A stretch of 64,000 nt of DNA. Origin: Candidatus Marinacidobacterales bacterium. GTDB taxonomy: Bacteria > Acidobacteriota > Vicinamibacteria > Marinacidobacterales > DATDRI01. The stretch covers positions 512,001 to 576,000 of the forward strand of contig OZ245365.1 in assembly GCA_965226495.1 (NCBI GenBank), given 5' to 3'. The notes under the pieces were generated by a model, which searched no databases, had not been told where the DNA came from, and saw nothing but the letters and a program-made list of their open reading frames with translations. Position numbers and translations under genes: made by a program. Below, piece after piece: positions 1-8,902 of this stretch. The first letter of the stretch is position 1; the number at the start of each line of letters is the position of its first letter.

Positions 1-212
1 CCCGAACCGCCTCGAGTGACCTTGTAGTTCGAGGTGACTTTGTAGTAGCCGGGACGGATTTCATGGGGATCGATTTCACAGGTGAGCAGCCAAAAGTCGG
101 AGGTGTTGACGTCGAAGGTACAACTGAATGTTCCTCCTCCATTGTTGAGCTTGTGTTGTACCTGGACCTCGATAGGGCCGCCACCATTGAAGATCAAGTG
201 ACCAAAGAACAT
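1..212 (-). CDS. Hypothetical protein, 5' part only (runs off the window start)
   Basis: ATG at 212 opens a stop-free frame to base 1 (MFFGHLIFNGGGPIEVQVQHKLNNGGGTFSCTFDVNTSDFWLLTCEIDP...). No family recognised. Confidence 0.4.
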   Translation of the reverse strand, partial: MFFGHLIFNGGGPIEVQVQHKLNNGGGTFSCTFDVNTSDFWLLTCEIDPHEIRPGYYKVTSNYKVTRGGS

Positions 213-218
213 GGGGGC

Positions 219-268
219 AGGGGTCAGATCCAATATTGTGCACGTGCACAATATTGGATCTGACCCCT
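219..268. repeat. Perfect 50-bp palindrome with no loop
   Basis: AGGGGTCAGATCCAATATTGTGCAC|GTGCACAATATTGGATCTGACCCCT, checked base by base. Confidence 0.95.
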
Positions 269-383
269 TTTCTGTGCATTCCCCGCAATTCCCGATAACT
301 TCCGTGCCGCCGCATAATCCCAAGGTTTCGAGGGCTCGAAAAAGCGTCTCTGATCGGAGAAGCGTCGTTTCGGAATCAGGACA

Positions 384-412
384 TTGATGGGAGAGCACAT
401 TAACAATATAAT
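384..412 (+). promoter_or_regulatory. Sigma70-type promoter of the TA operon, probably leaderless
   Basis: TTGATG (384-389), 17-nt spacer, TATAAT (407-412). ATG at 420 has no Shine-Dalgarno. Confidence 0.65.
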
Positions 413-419
413 AGTCAAT

Positions 420-653
420 ATGAAGACAATAGCCATTACTGTAGACGACGAGACGCTGGCCTTGATCGACGACCTCGGCTCCTCCGCCAAGTTCCGGAGT
501 CGCTCCGCGCTCGTGCGGGCAGCGATTCGGGAGTACGCCCAGCAGGTGCAGAGGAGCCGCGAGGAGGAGCGAGAGCGGGAGATCATTCGCAAGAACAAAG
601 ACGCCTTGGACCGGGAATTGAAAGCGTTGATTACAGAACAGGCGCGGAAGTGA
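420..653 (+). CDS. CopG/ribbon-helix-helix antitoxin
   Basis: MKTIAITVDDETLALID...SRSALVRAAIREY is an RHH pattern. Overlaps the toxin start (GTGA). Confidence 0.85.
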   Translation: MKTIAITVDDETLALIDDLGSSAKFRSRSALVRAAIREYAQQVQRSREEEREREIIRKNKDALDRELKALITEQARK

Positions 654-979
654 AACGAGGAGAAATCTATCGTACGAAGGAATCTGTACCCGAGCGGGGC
701 GGCAAGCCCGGTTTTTACGTGGTGGTATCGCGGGCCTTCATCGCCGCGAACGACGACGTCGGGACGGTTATTTGTGCCCCCGTCTACAGCAACGTCCTGG
801 GTCTTTCGACCGAGGTCATCGTCGGTCCTGACGAGGGCCTTCCCAAGACGTGTTCGATACGCTGCGACTTTCTCACCTTGATATTCAAATCCAAGCTAAC
901 GGGTTACGTGTCCAGACTGGCGGGAACTAGACTGGGGGAACTCAATAGAGCGCTGGCGCAGGTACTCGAAATCAACTAA
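650..979 (+). CDS. PemK/MazF family toxin (endoribonuclease)
   Basis: MKRGEIY...KPGFYVVVSR...VICAP...GLPKTCSIRCD, 109 aa, coupled to the RHH gene. Confidence 0.85.
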   Translation: MKRGEIYRTKESVPERGGKPGFYVVVSRAFIAANDDVGTVICAPVYSNVLGLSTEVIVGPDEGLPKTCSIRCDFLTLIFKSKLTGYVSRLAGTRLGELNRALAQVLEIN

Positions 980-1124
980 CTCATTGGTTTCAACAGAGGG
1001 TTTGAGACCCGGGTATGCCATCTCAATTCGTGGCGTGGCGTGCGGCAGCGGGTGTTCTCCATGGGTGTGCCAGCAATCGATTTGAACTAGGCGACGGCCG
1101 CTGCACCGAATGACGTGCGCGGTT

Positions 1125-1601
1125 TTATTTGAACAACCCCACCACGAGCACGACCACGCAAGCAATCACGAGTCCCGATCCAATCACTGCCAGCCCTTGA
1201 GTCACGCTGCTGAACGCGAGAGTCTGAGCCAGCACTCCCAGCGTAAAGACCAGGCTCCCCACGATGAAGAGCCGGGCGATGAGCAGCTTCCTCCCGTCAT
1301 CCCAGCCGATCCGGTGCGCGAAGAGGGGAATGATGAGCGCCAAGGTGCCGAGCTCGATGACGTGGGCGTGGAAGCTCACCTCGCGTATGTACTCGAAGGA
1401 GTTAGCGCGGAACGTCTCTATGCTCTCGGAAACGCCGGCTTGGTTACCGCCCGCGGCCTCGAAGAAGGACTGCGCGAAGGCCATGCCCATCGCCACGAGC
1501 GTTTGGTGCTCATCGAAGATTGCGTAGTAGACGCCGAAGATGAGCCCGATGAGCACGAGCAGAAGACCACCCACGATGTAGGTCTTGTTGGCGGATGTCA
1601 T
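1125..1601 (-). CDS. Four-TM membrane protein with HxH motif
   Basis: MTSANKTYIVGGLLLVLIGLIFG...SFHAHVIELGTL. ATG at 1601 overlaps the upstream TGA (ATGA). Confidence 0.75.
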   Translation of the reverse strand: MTSANKTYIVGGLLLVLIGLIFGVYYAIFDEHQTLVAMGMAFAQSFFEAAGGNQAGVSESIETFRANSFEYIREVSFHAHVIELGTLALIIPLFAHRIGWDDGRKLLIARLFIVGSLVFTLGVLAQTLAFSSVTQGLAVIGSGLVIACVVVLVVGLFK

Positions 1602-2692
1602 GACGTTCCTCCCCGGGCGTCGACGGCACCGGTATGTCGGATGACGCCCAACAGCATGCCCAAGAGCGCGGTGATCACGATGAATCCCGCGAGGTCGGCA
1701 ACGGCTCCGCCGTAAAGGCCCGACCAAAGCTCCGACTGCACCGCCACGGGCAGGAGAAAGCCGCCTACGACTAGCCACCGTGCCCAACGGAGCTTCCACT
1801 TGTCGGACAAGAAGACGAAACGCTGGGCGAATGCCAGGAGGATCGCCATCAGTCCGAACGCGATGAAATGGGCGTGGGTCGCGATGTAGATGGCCTTTTC
1901 GGCCTGGAGCCAATTGTAGTCGTGCACCGCTTGCGTGGCTGCGGGAACGTCATTGGCCATGGCGTGGGTGAGCGAGGCCTGCAACAAGCTCACATCCTTC
2001 TCCGCGTTGTCGTAAAGGCCGGTCGCCGCGTAGTAGGCGCCGTTGAGCAACCCAATCAGAATCAGCACCGCTCCCCATCGAAGCAGAAAACTCTTTGCGG
2101 GCTCGGCTTCATCGTCCTTGGCTACGGCTTCCACCTCGCCCTTACATCGGAAGTGACGGACCGCACCCGCGAATTGGGCGACCACGCCGACGATGAAGAC
2201 CGCGCCGGCGGTGTCGGCCACGATGCTTCCCCAGCCGATGGTCTCGAAGGGAGATTTCCAGAGGCCCAAGTAATAGATGGCGAAGACGCCAACCGGGAGG
2301 ATGAAAGAGGACGCCACCAGAACGATCGCCCATCTTCTTTTCCACGTCGGCCCGATGGCGATATAGGGCTGGACGAGCCCCAGAATCAGGCACAGATACG
2401 CGAGCTGGATCCAGTGCGTGTGGGTGTCCTTCTTGGTGCCCATGTTCTCGAGCATCTTGCCGATTCTCTCCATCGATCCGCCGATGGGCTCGCTGTTGCC
2501 AGCCGCCACAGCTTTTACGGCGTTCAGCATCTCCGCCTCGATGGTCATGCCGCTCTGGTGCAGGTGAAAGATCGCGAAGTATTCCCCGAAGAACATGCCG
2601 ACGATCGCGATCAGGATTCCACCCAAGATGAGGATGCGTGCGGGGGACAGCGGCTCGTTGAGAGTCAGCCTTTCGGATACGCCTCCTTGCAT
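1598..2692 (-). CDS. Integral membrane protein with two tandem four-TM HxH units
   Basis: About eight hydrophobic segments; DTHTHWIQLAYL and ATHAHFIAFGLM; GGAGG RBS before ATG 2692. Confidence 0.8.
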   Translation of the reverse strand: MQGGVSERLTLNEPLSPARILILGGILIAIVGMFFGEYFAIFHLHQSGMTIEAEMLNAVKAVAAGNSEPIGGSMERIGKMLENMGTKKDTHTHWIQLAYLCLILGLVQPYIAIGPTWKRRWAIVLVASSFILPVGVFAIYYLGLWKSPFETIGWGSIVADTAGAVFIVGVVAQFAGAVRHFRCKGEVEAVAKDDEAEPAKSFLLRWGAVLILIGLLNGAYYAATGLYDNAEKDVSLLQASLTHAMANDVPAATQAVHDYNWLQAEKAIYIATHAHFIAFGLMAILLAFAQRFVFLSDKWKLRWARWLVVGGFLLPVAVQSELWSGLYGGAVADLAGFIVITALLGMLLGVIRHTGAVDARGGTS

Positions 2693-2753
2693 GGACACCT
2701 CCTACGCTGGGGCTTCTATATCATCTTTTGTGCGACCGATCATGACTACCTGG

Positions 2754-3239
2754 TCACCGGTCGATGGCCTGCTGGAACCTTTCTGGCTCCTGGCTGCCGA
2801 GGAGCAGCCGCCGCGTACGGAAGAACAAGAAGCGTGCGTCTTTTGTCAAAATCAGCAAGAGCCTCCGGTTTCCTTTCATGGAATAGACTCCGGTGAACTC
2901 TCCTCGAAACTTTCCGCCACGAATTCCCCAACCTCCGAACTCACGAATCGGTCGATAGGTAACGACCTCGGTGCTTTCGACATCCTCGAGCGGTACGACT
3001 CGCTTCGGCCACCCCACGTACCCGAAACGGATCCGGATCGTTTCCTCCTCGACTTCGAACACCAGACGCCCGAAGAGGAGGGGGATGGCGATGAGCATCG
3101 CGCCGATCGGAAGAAGGACCAACAAAACACGTGGCTCACCCGGGTCGGCCAAGGTGACCACGAAGACCACGAGCATCGCAAGGTAAGCGATCTTCACGAT
3201 GGGATGGACCGAAACCTGCTCTTCGTATCGATAGGCCAT
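2754..3239 (-). CDS. Hypothetical membrane protein (2 TM + bacterial PH-like domain)
   Basis: Two N-terminal TM helices, then IRIRFG...EFGGWGIR motif. Confidence 0.7.
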   Translation of the reverse strand: MAYRYEEQVSVHPIVKIAYLAMLVVFVVTLADPGEPRVLLVLLPIGAMLIAIPLLFGRLVFEVEEETIRIRFGYVGWPKRVVPLEDVESTEVVTYRPIREFGGWGIRGGKFRGEFTGVYSMKGNRRLLLILTKDARFLFFRTRRLLLGSQEPERFQQAIDR

Positions 3240-3342
3240 AGAACTCGTGGCGCTTGAGCCGGCGCGCCTGGCGGGAGTTTACCATTTCTCCTTGACGCCT
3301 CCGAGATCGCCAAAGTAGTGTAGTGACCCTAAAGGAGAGGAA

Positions 3343-3738
3343 ATGGAAAAGACTCAGGTCAACCCGTGGAAGTGGCAGGACCAATACGGTTTCTCTCAGT
3401 GTTGGAAAGTAGACGGTGCCAAGTCACTCATCGTCGTGTCCGGGCAATCGAGCATGTCGGCGGACGGCGCGGTTCTACACCCTGGGGATTTCAAGGCCCA
3501 GGCACGGCTGACGTTCGAGAACATGCACACCGTTTTGGAACACTCCGGTGCGTCGCTCGAGGATGTCGTGAAGCTGGGCGCGTACTTCGTCGGCATCGAC
3601 ATGCAGAAGTTAATGGATTACGGCGCCGTGCAAGCGGAGTTCTTCAAGGGCAAGATGCCGGCGCAGACCTTGGTGGGCGTGGCACAGCTGGCTCTGCCCG
3701 ACATGATGCTCGAGGTAGAGGCATTCGCCGTCGTCTAA
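3343..3738 (+). CDS. RidA/YjgF family protein
   Basis: VSGQ...QARLTFENM...LEDVVKL...PAQTLVGVAQLALPDMMLEVEA; AAGGAGAGG RBS. Confidence 0.9.
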   Translation: MEKTQVNPWKWQDQYGFSQCWKVDGAKSLIVVSGQSSMSADGAVLHPGDFKAQARLTFENMHTVLEHSGASLEDVVKLGAYFVGIDMQKLMDYGAVQAEFFKGKMPAQTLVGVAQLALPDMMLEVEAFAVV

Positions 3739-3852
3739 GCCCCTCGATGGGCACCGCCGCCCGCAGATCGCATCCGCCGGACACGATGAGCAGATCTCCC
3801 ATTTTGCCTCCTTAGACTTTCTTGTGCTACGTTCACTTCGGGTCCAACCCGC

Positions 3853-4385
3853 ATGGAAGACATTTACAACTACGTGAACGGCCGCCTAGATCCGGGCGTT
3901 ACCTCGAGAATGTCGAGCCGGCAACGGGACAGGTGTACTCGAGGATTCCCGATTCCGACAAGGAAGATTTGAACGAGGCCATCGCCGCGGCACAAGCTTT
4001 TCCCGTTTGGAGCGAGACGCCGTCGATGGAGCGCAGCAGGGTGATGCTCCACATCGCGTAGCGGATCGAGGCGGTGAGCGAAGAGTTGGTCCGCGCGGAG
4101 TCCATCGATACGGGCAAGCCGATCTCTCTGGCCCGCGACGTCGACGTTCCCAGAGCGTCATCCAATCTCCGGTTTTTCGCTGGTGCGGCGACGCAGTTTT
4201 TCAGCGAGTCGCATGCGATGGAAGGCGGAGCCATCAACTACACGTTGCGCTAACCCCACGGGGTGGTGGCGTGCATTTCGCCCTGGAACCTGCCCCTCTA
4301 TCTGCTGACATGGAAGGTGGCGCCGGCTCTCGCCGCGGGTAACTGCGTGATTGCCAAGCCGTCCGAGCTAACACCCATGACGGCT
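3853..4385 (+). pseudogene. Aldehyde dehydrogenase (muconic semialdehyde dehydrogenase-like), broken and 3'-truncated
   Basis: [51 protein letters not shown]. Frameshift near 3880, TAG 4059-4061, TAA 4251-4253; ends at the IS remnant. Confidence 0.88.
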
Positions 4386-4600
4386 GTCGAGAATCTTTTC
4401 TTCAGGTACAGGCGCACGCTGGGCGACAGCCTTCGTGCGTGCGGCTACGAATCCCAGAAGCGCGAGGCGATGATCGGGTCGCAACGTATTGAACCGGATG
4501 GCTGAGCTGGGCAAGCCCTGAGTCCCAAGCGATCGTCGAGGAGTAAATTGAACCGCCGAAAGTGAAGACCTGCGCCCGCACCGATTCATGCAACAACGCC
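4386..4600 (+). mobile_element. IS5 family (IS903 group) remnant: transposase C-terminus plus right inverted repeat
   Basis: [18 protein letters not shown]...QKREAMIG / [12 protein letters not shown]. 4583-4600 reads GGCGTTGTTGCATGAATC on the minus strand, resembling the IS903 IR GGCTTTGTTGAATAAATC. Confidence 0.75.
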
Positions 4601-4672
4601 CCTCGGAGGCCCCACACGTGATAAAAGAGAGGCCGAGTCGCGCGTCTCTATTTCATGGCAGGAGACACACAC

Positions 4673-5692
4673 ATGGGCGAGGAAAAAGGGAAGCTAACCC
4701 TCGAGGAGTTCGTGACCAGCCTCTACCATGGGGCGCGGGCGGACAATACCTTCAAGTTCCTCTACGGACAGCCGGAAGAAAAGCTTGACGCCTTTTTTCA
4801 AAAGCTTCTCCGGCAAGTGGTGGGAGCCGTCGATAGCGGTGACAGCGGGGCCTTAGGGGACTTTCTGCAGCAATCTCAGGTCGGCGGTTACACGTTTCCA
4901 CTCGACAAGCCTCCCTTCTGGGCTCCCAAGGTGCCGCAGGCCCCGGTCCCACTCGCCCGACTACGCAAGCCACTCTCGGAGGCGAGAGTCGCCTTGTTCT
5001 CGAGCGCGGCGGCGCGTCTCCCCGAGCAACCGACATTTCTGCCCGACGGGTTGGATCTGCCGGCCGCGACTCGGGACCCGATGAAATCGTTCGAACGATT
5101 TCCGAGCCTGCGCGAGATTCCGGCCGGTACCAATCCCGCACGCCTGGTCTTCGAGCACATCGCCTACGATTTGAACGCGGCGCAGCAAGACCCCAACGTC
5201 GTCTTTCCGCTGGATCGCTTCCGTACGCTTGCCGAGCAAGGTGTCATCAAGGTGGCGCCCAAGGCGTACTCCTACAAAGGGCTTTCCAACGTGCAGCACC
5301 TGGTCGAGACCACGGGGCCGGAATGGGCGGAGAAGGTGCGAGCGGACGGCGCGGATGCGGTGCTGTTGGTGCCCGGCTGACCCGTTTGTCACCTGTCCGT
5401 GGGACAGCTCGCGCGCGCCATCGAGACTAGTGGCATACCTACCGTGACGTTGTACATCGAAGCCTGGGAACCGATGGCCCGCTTGGTCCGTCCGCCTCGG
5501 GTGGTCACGACGCGATTCTTGCAAGGTCGGATCGTTGGCCCGCCGAATCGTAAGAACACCCAGCTGCGCGTTCTCGGGGACGCGTTGGAGTTCCTCAAGA
5601 ACGCCACCATGGACAACTGGTTGCTCCCGCTTCCTTTTACCTGGTCCGAAGCGCTTCGGGAGGGGACGCCAAGAAACGCCGGTCTAATTTAG
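4673..5692 (+). CDS. GrdB/PrdB-like reductase selenoprotein B (Sec at TGA 5378-5380)
   Basis: Track ORFs 4655-5380 and 5399-5692 are in one frame. Readthrough gives DAVLLVPG-U-PVCHLSVGQLARAIETSGIPTV. Also LRKPLSEARVAL and QDPNVVFPLDR. GGAG RBS before ATG 4673. Confidence 0.88.
5393..5407 (+). promoter_or_regulatory. Candidate SECIS hairpin
   Basis: CTGTCC-GTG-GGACAG; the loop G lies 19 nt after the UGA. Confidence 0.7.
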
Positions 5693-5714
5693 GCACTAGG
5701 GAGGAGTAAGAACG

Positions 5715-6776
5715 ATGGGAAGATCATCGGTCATTTTGGAGAGTCTGCCACTGCCTATGCTCACCGATTTCGCTCAGAAAGCCGATGAGCACGGCTACGA
5801 CACGGTTTGGAAGCCGGAGATCATTTTCTCCGATACATTTGTTCCTTCGACTGCGTTTGCGTTGAAGACGAAACGTGTCCATATCGGCTCGTGCATTGCG
5901 GGCATTTGGGGGCGGAGTCCGGTGGTCACCGCCTTGTCGGCGAGCGCGCTCGCCGAGCTATCGGGCAACCGGCTAATCCTTGGGCTCGGAACGCAGGCGC
6001 GTTCGTACGTCGAAGGTTGGCACGGTTTGTCTTATGACAGACCACTCACTCGTGCTCGAGAGCTCATCACTGTCATTAAGAAGATTCTCTCCGGCGAAGT
6101 CGTATCGTTCGAAGGAAAGACGATGAGCCTCCAGCATTTTCAGCTTGCCCTAACGGGGCCGCCTCCCAAAGTACCCATCTACTTGGCGGCGATTGGGCCC
6201 AAGATGACGCAGCTCGCTGGCGAGATCGCGGACGGGGTGATCGGCTACTTTCAGCCCATCAACTACTTCCGTGACACCTTCCTCAAAAATCTCGAGATCG
6301 GGGCCAAGAAGGCCGGGAGGACGCTCGACGACATAGACATCGTCGTCGGACACCCGGCTTTGGTCTCGGACGATCCGAAGGCGGTGGAGTGGATTAAGCC
6401 GCACGTTGTCATGTTCGCCACCGCCGGCGGCTCCTCGCCGACTTACGCAGGTATGGTGAAGTCAGCCGGTTTCGAGAAAAACCTGGAGGGAATGTTAGCG
6501 GGCATCGCCAACGGGAGCATGGATGAAGCGGCGAGCCACGTGAGCGACGAGATGGTCGAAGCGATGACGCTTTGTGGCACCGCGCAACACGTCGCCGACC
6601 GCATGGACGATTACCATCAGGCGGGCGTGAAGATGACGCTGATGAATCCCGTTCCACCGAAGGCATACTTTCCGCTCTTCGCGGGGCATTTTCCGGAGAC
6701 GATGGAGTTCCCCCAATCGGACGTCGAGGCCTTCGTTCAGAACGTGGACGATATCGTGACCAAGGTGCCCCTGTAA
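5715..6776 (+). CDS. LLM class flavin (possibly F420)-dependent oxidoreductase
   Basis: GYDTVWKPE, RSPVVTA, NRLILGLG, PIYLAAIGPKMTQLAGEIADG. Confidence 0.9.
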   Translation: MGRSSVILESLPLPMLTDFAQKADEHGYDTVWKPEIIFSDTFVPSTAFALKTKRVHIGSCIAGIWGRSPVVTALSASALAELSGNRLILGLGTQARSYVEGWHGLSYDRPLTRARELITVIKKILSGEVVSFEGKTMSLQHFQLALTGPPPKVPIYLAAIGPKMTQLAGEIADGVIGYFQPINYFRDTFLKNLEIGAKKAGRTLDDIDIVVGHPALVSDDPKAVEWIKPHVVMFATAGGSSPTYAGMVKSAGFEKNLEGMLAGIANGSMDEAASHVSDEMVEAMTLCGTAQHVADRMDDYHQAGVKMTLMNPVPPKAYFPLFAGHFPETMEFPQSDVEAFVQNVDDIVTKVPL

Positions 6777-6796
6777 AACTGTAAGCCTGTCGGCTT

Positions 6797-7660
6797 CTAA
6801 TGTGATTTGTGCGAACGCCGCGTGCGGGTCGGCGTGCGGGCATGGACTCCCTCGAACCCATAGTCCGTCTTCGCCAAGATGACGTGCGTAGGGCTGACCG
6901 CGTGCTTGTCTTCGAGGTAGGCGTTCAACATGGCCTGACCGGCCAGAATATTGATCTCCCGCGGGAATCCACCAGTGAATTCATATATCGTGTCACCGGC
7001 CTCTTTGGAAAAGACTCGACCGGGTTTTATGCTGCCCGCCGCCTTGAGTCGGTAAGATAGGTACTCAGTCGTCTCCCCTCGTGTCAGTGGTTTGAGCTCA
7101 TAACGCAAGCCGATTCTTTGGCGAAGCTGTCTGAGGCGTGGTCTTCTAAGACGCGTTACCAGCTCGGGCTGCCCCACCAAGCAGATGAGGATCAGCGGTC
7201 GTCCGTCTTCTTCCAAGTTGGACAACAGACGCACCTCCTCGAGAACCGAGTCGGTGAGGAGGTGAGCCTCGTCGAAGAACACAACCGGCCGCCGGCTTTC
7301 ACTCCCGTTGATAGCCAGGAACGTTTGTAGCCTTCGGACCAGTTTCGGCTTTGGCTCTCGGCTCACTGGGTCGAGGCCGAAGCAAACGCCCATCTCCTCC
7401 AAGAGCTCGCGCGGCTTGACGGTATTGTGGCTTATCACCGCAGTCGGTACGTCCGGGGGCGTCTTTTCGAGGATGGCTCTGATGGCGGTGGTTTTTCCTG
7501 TACCGACCTCGCCGGTCAGCAGGAAGAAGGCTTCCCCCATCTCTTGTGCGTAGCGGAAGTGTGCGCAGATCTCTTCTATTTCTTGGCTTGGATAGATGAA
7601 GTCGGATCGAGAGGCCGAGCCGAAAGGGTTCCTCCGAAGGTGAAAATGGGCCTCATGCAT
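6797..7660 (-). CDS. ExeA/GspA family AAA ATPase
   Basis: HFHLRRNPF, LTGEVGTGKTT (Walker A), DEAHLL, LVGQPEL, QLRQRI, TGGFPREIN. Confidence 0.9.
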   Translation of the reverse strand: MHEAHFHLRRNPFGSASRSDFIYPSQEIEEICAHFRYAQEMGEAFFLLTGEVGTGKTTAIRAILEKTPPDVPTAVISHNTVKPRELLEEMGVCFGLDPVSREPKPKLVRRLQTFLAINGSESRRPVVFFDEAHLLTDSVLEEVRLLSNLEEDGRPLILICLVGQPELVTRLRRPRLRQLRQRIGLRYELKPLTRGETTEYLSYRLKAAGSIKPGRVFSKEAGDTIYEFTGGFPREINILAGQAMLNAYLEDKHAVSPTHVILAKTDYGFEGVHARTPTRTRRSHKSH

Positions 7661-7883
7661 CGGGGCCTCGCCTCTCGTTTTCGCTGATTAAAGAGGAGGG
7701 TTTTCGCGGCAATCCTGCGGACAGGATGCCGAATTCTGCCCCCCTCGAAGCTAGTTCGTCTACCTGGGTGGGGCGAAGTTAGCACATCTGAGCCCGCGAG
7801 AAAAGCGCTCGTTCCGCTATCCAGAGATACCCCCAACTGAAAGCCACACGCCGTTCATGGTGACAGTCTTCACTGCGTACGGC

Positions 7884-8408
7884 TCATCGAATCAGGAAGA
7901 CTTCCTCATTGGGGGGCTGAATAAATTCAACACCTTTGTTGGTGATTATCTGAGGGTTTGAAATATTAAAGGCTAGTGGATAACCGGGCCTTTCCTTAAT
8001 ATTTTTATGGACCATATATTCAAAGGCGAAGAGATGATTCTCCTGTATTTTTAAGTGGTGTGTGTATGCTCGAAATGGCCCCATGGACGGGCCTTCTGTT
8101 CTAATATCCCATTCAACTTCCCCGGTATCGATGTTGTTATTGCCCATGCTGTGATTATCAACGGAAAATCCCGGTTTATCAGTATTCGCGAGAACCCTCT
8201 GGAGCATTTCGTAGTCTTTTTCTCCTCTATCGGTGAAAGGCGTATAGATATAGCCAGCCTTTTCCATAGCTTTCAGACGGAGTGCGTCCCGATCGGTCTT
8301 GGCCGTACGCGCCGGCAGTGGGCTGATGGAAACGGCACTCTCCTGCGCATTGACAGCAGGCACTATGAACATCAGAGAAATTAGAAAGCTTGTAAATCGA
8401 GATAACAT
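7884..8408 (-). pseudogene. Signal peptide joined to an apparent M24 peptidase C-terminus (internal deletion); lower GC than flanks
   Basis: MLSRFTSFLISLMFIVPAVNA signal, then DNHSMGN...FAFEYMVH...IITNKGVEF. Only 174 aa. Confidence 0.5.
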
Positions 8409-8422
8409 GACTCCCTCCAAGA

Positions 8423-8872
8423 TCACCTGGATTGGTAGTTCGGCGCATCGATATAGACGAAATCTCTCATGATCTTTTCTTCATCAAAGTAGATGAAGTA
8501 GATCATGTCTCCCGCTTCGAAGATTCGGACGACCGGCCACGTGCGGCCGTTGGTGAGAATCTCGTCCCGTTTCTGGTCTCCCCATTCGGAGACCCATTGG
8601 GCAAGCTCCTCCTCTCCTTCGGGAGAGGCGATGAGAGGGGCCTTCTCTTTGAGGCCCTCGACGACCTGGTATAGCGACGGTTCCTGGTCCAGAACCCCTT
8701 GGAGTCGAGCTTGGTGGAGTGTCATGCGGCGGACGTGGTAACCGTAAACGCCCAAGACCAGGGCGATGATCAGTCCAGCCGCGGCCAAGGCAAGGCCGAA
8801 AGTGCCCGCGAGGACGAGAAGCTTCTTGTTGCGCTCGCGTTCGTCGGTGGCCTTCGGAAGAGCCTCGAACAC
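8423..8872 (-). CDS. Hypothetical single-TM protein
   Basis: 149-aa ORF with one N-terminal TM helix, co-oriented with neighbours. Confidence 0.7.
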   Translation of the reverse strand: MFEALPKATDERERNKKLLVLAGTFGLALAAAGLIIALVLGVYGYHVRRMTLHQARLQGVLDQEPSLYQVVEGLKEKAPLIASPEGEEELAQWVSEWGDQKRDEILTNGRTWPVVRIFEAGDMIYFIYFDEEKIMRDFVYIDAPNYQSR

Positions 8873-8902
8873 TGTCGTGTAGCTAAGAGTGGCAGGACCG
8901 AG

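Noticed and set aside
3308-3320. CGCCAAAGTAGTG also present at 18748-18760
   Set aside because: A single 13-bp match with no upstream TGA frame or full hairpin; compatible with chance.
6797-7660. ExeA-like ATPase as a transposition helper (TniB/IstB)
   Set aside because: No adjacent transposase or element ends; the sequence fits a stand-alone ExeA.
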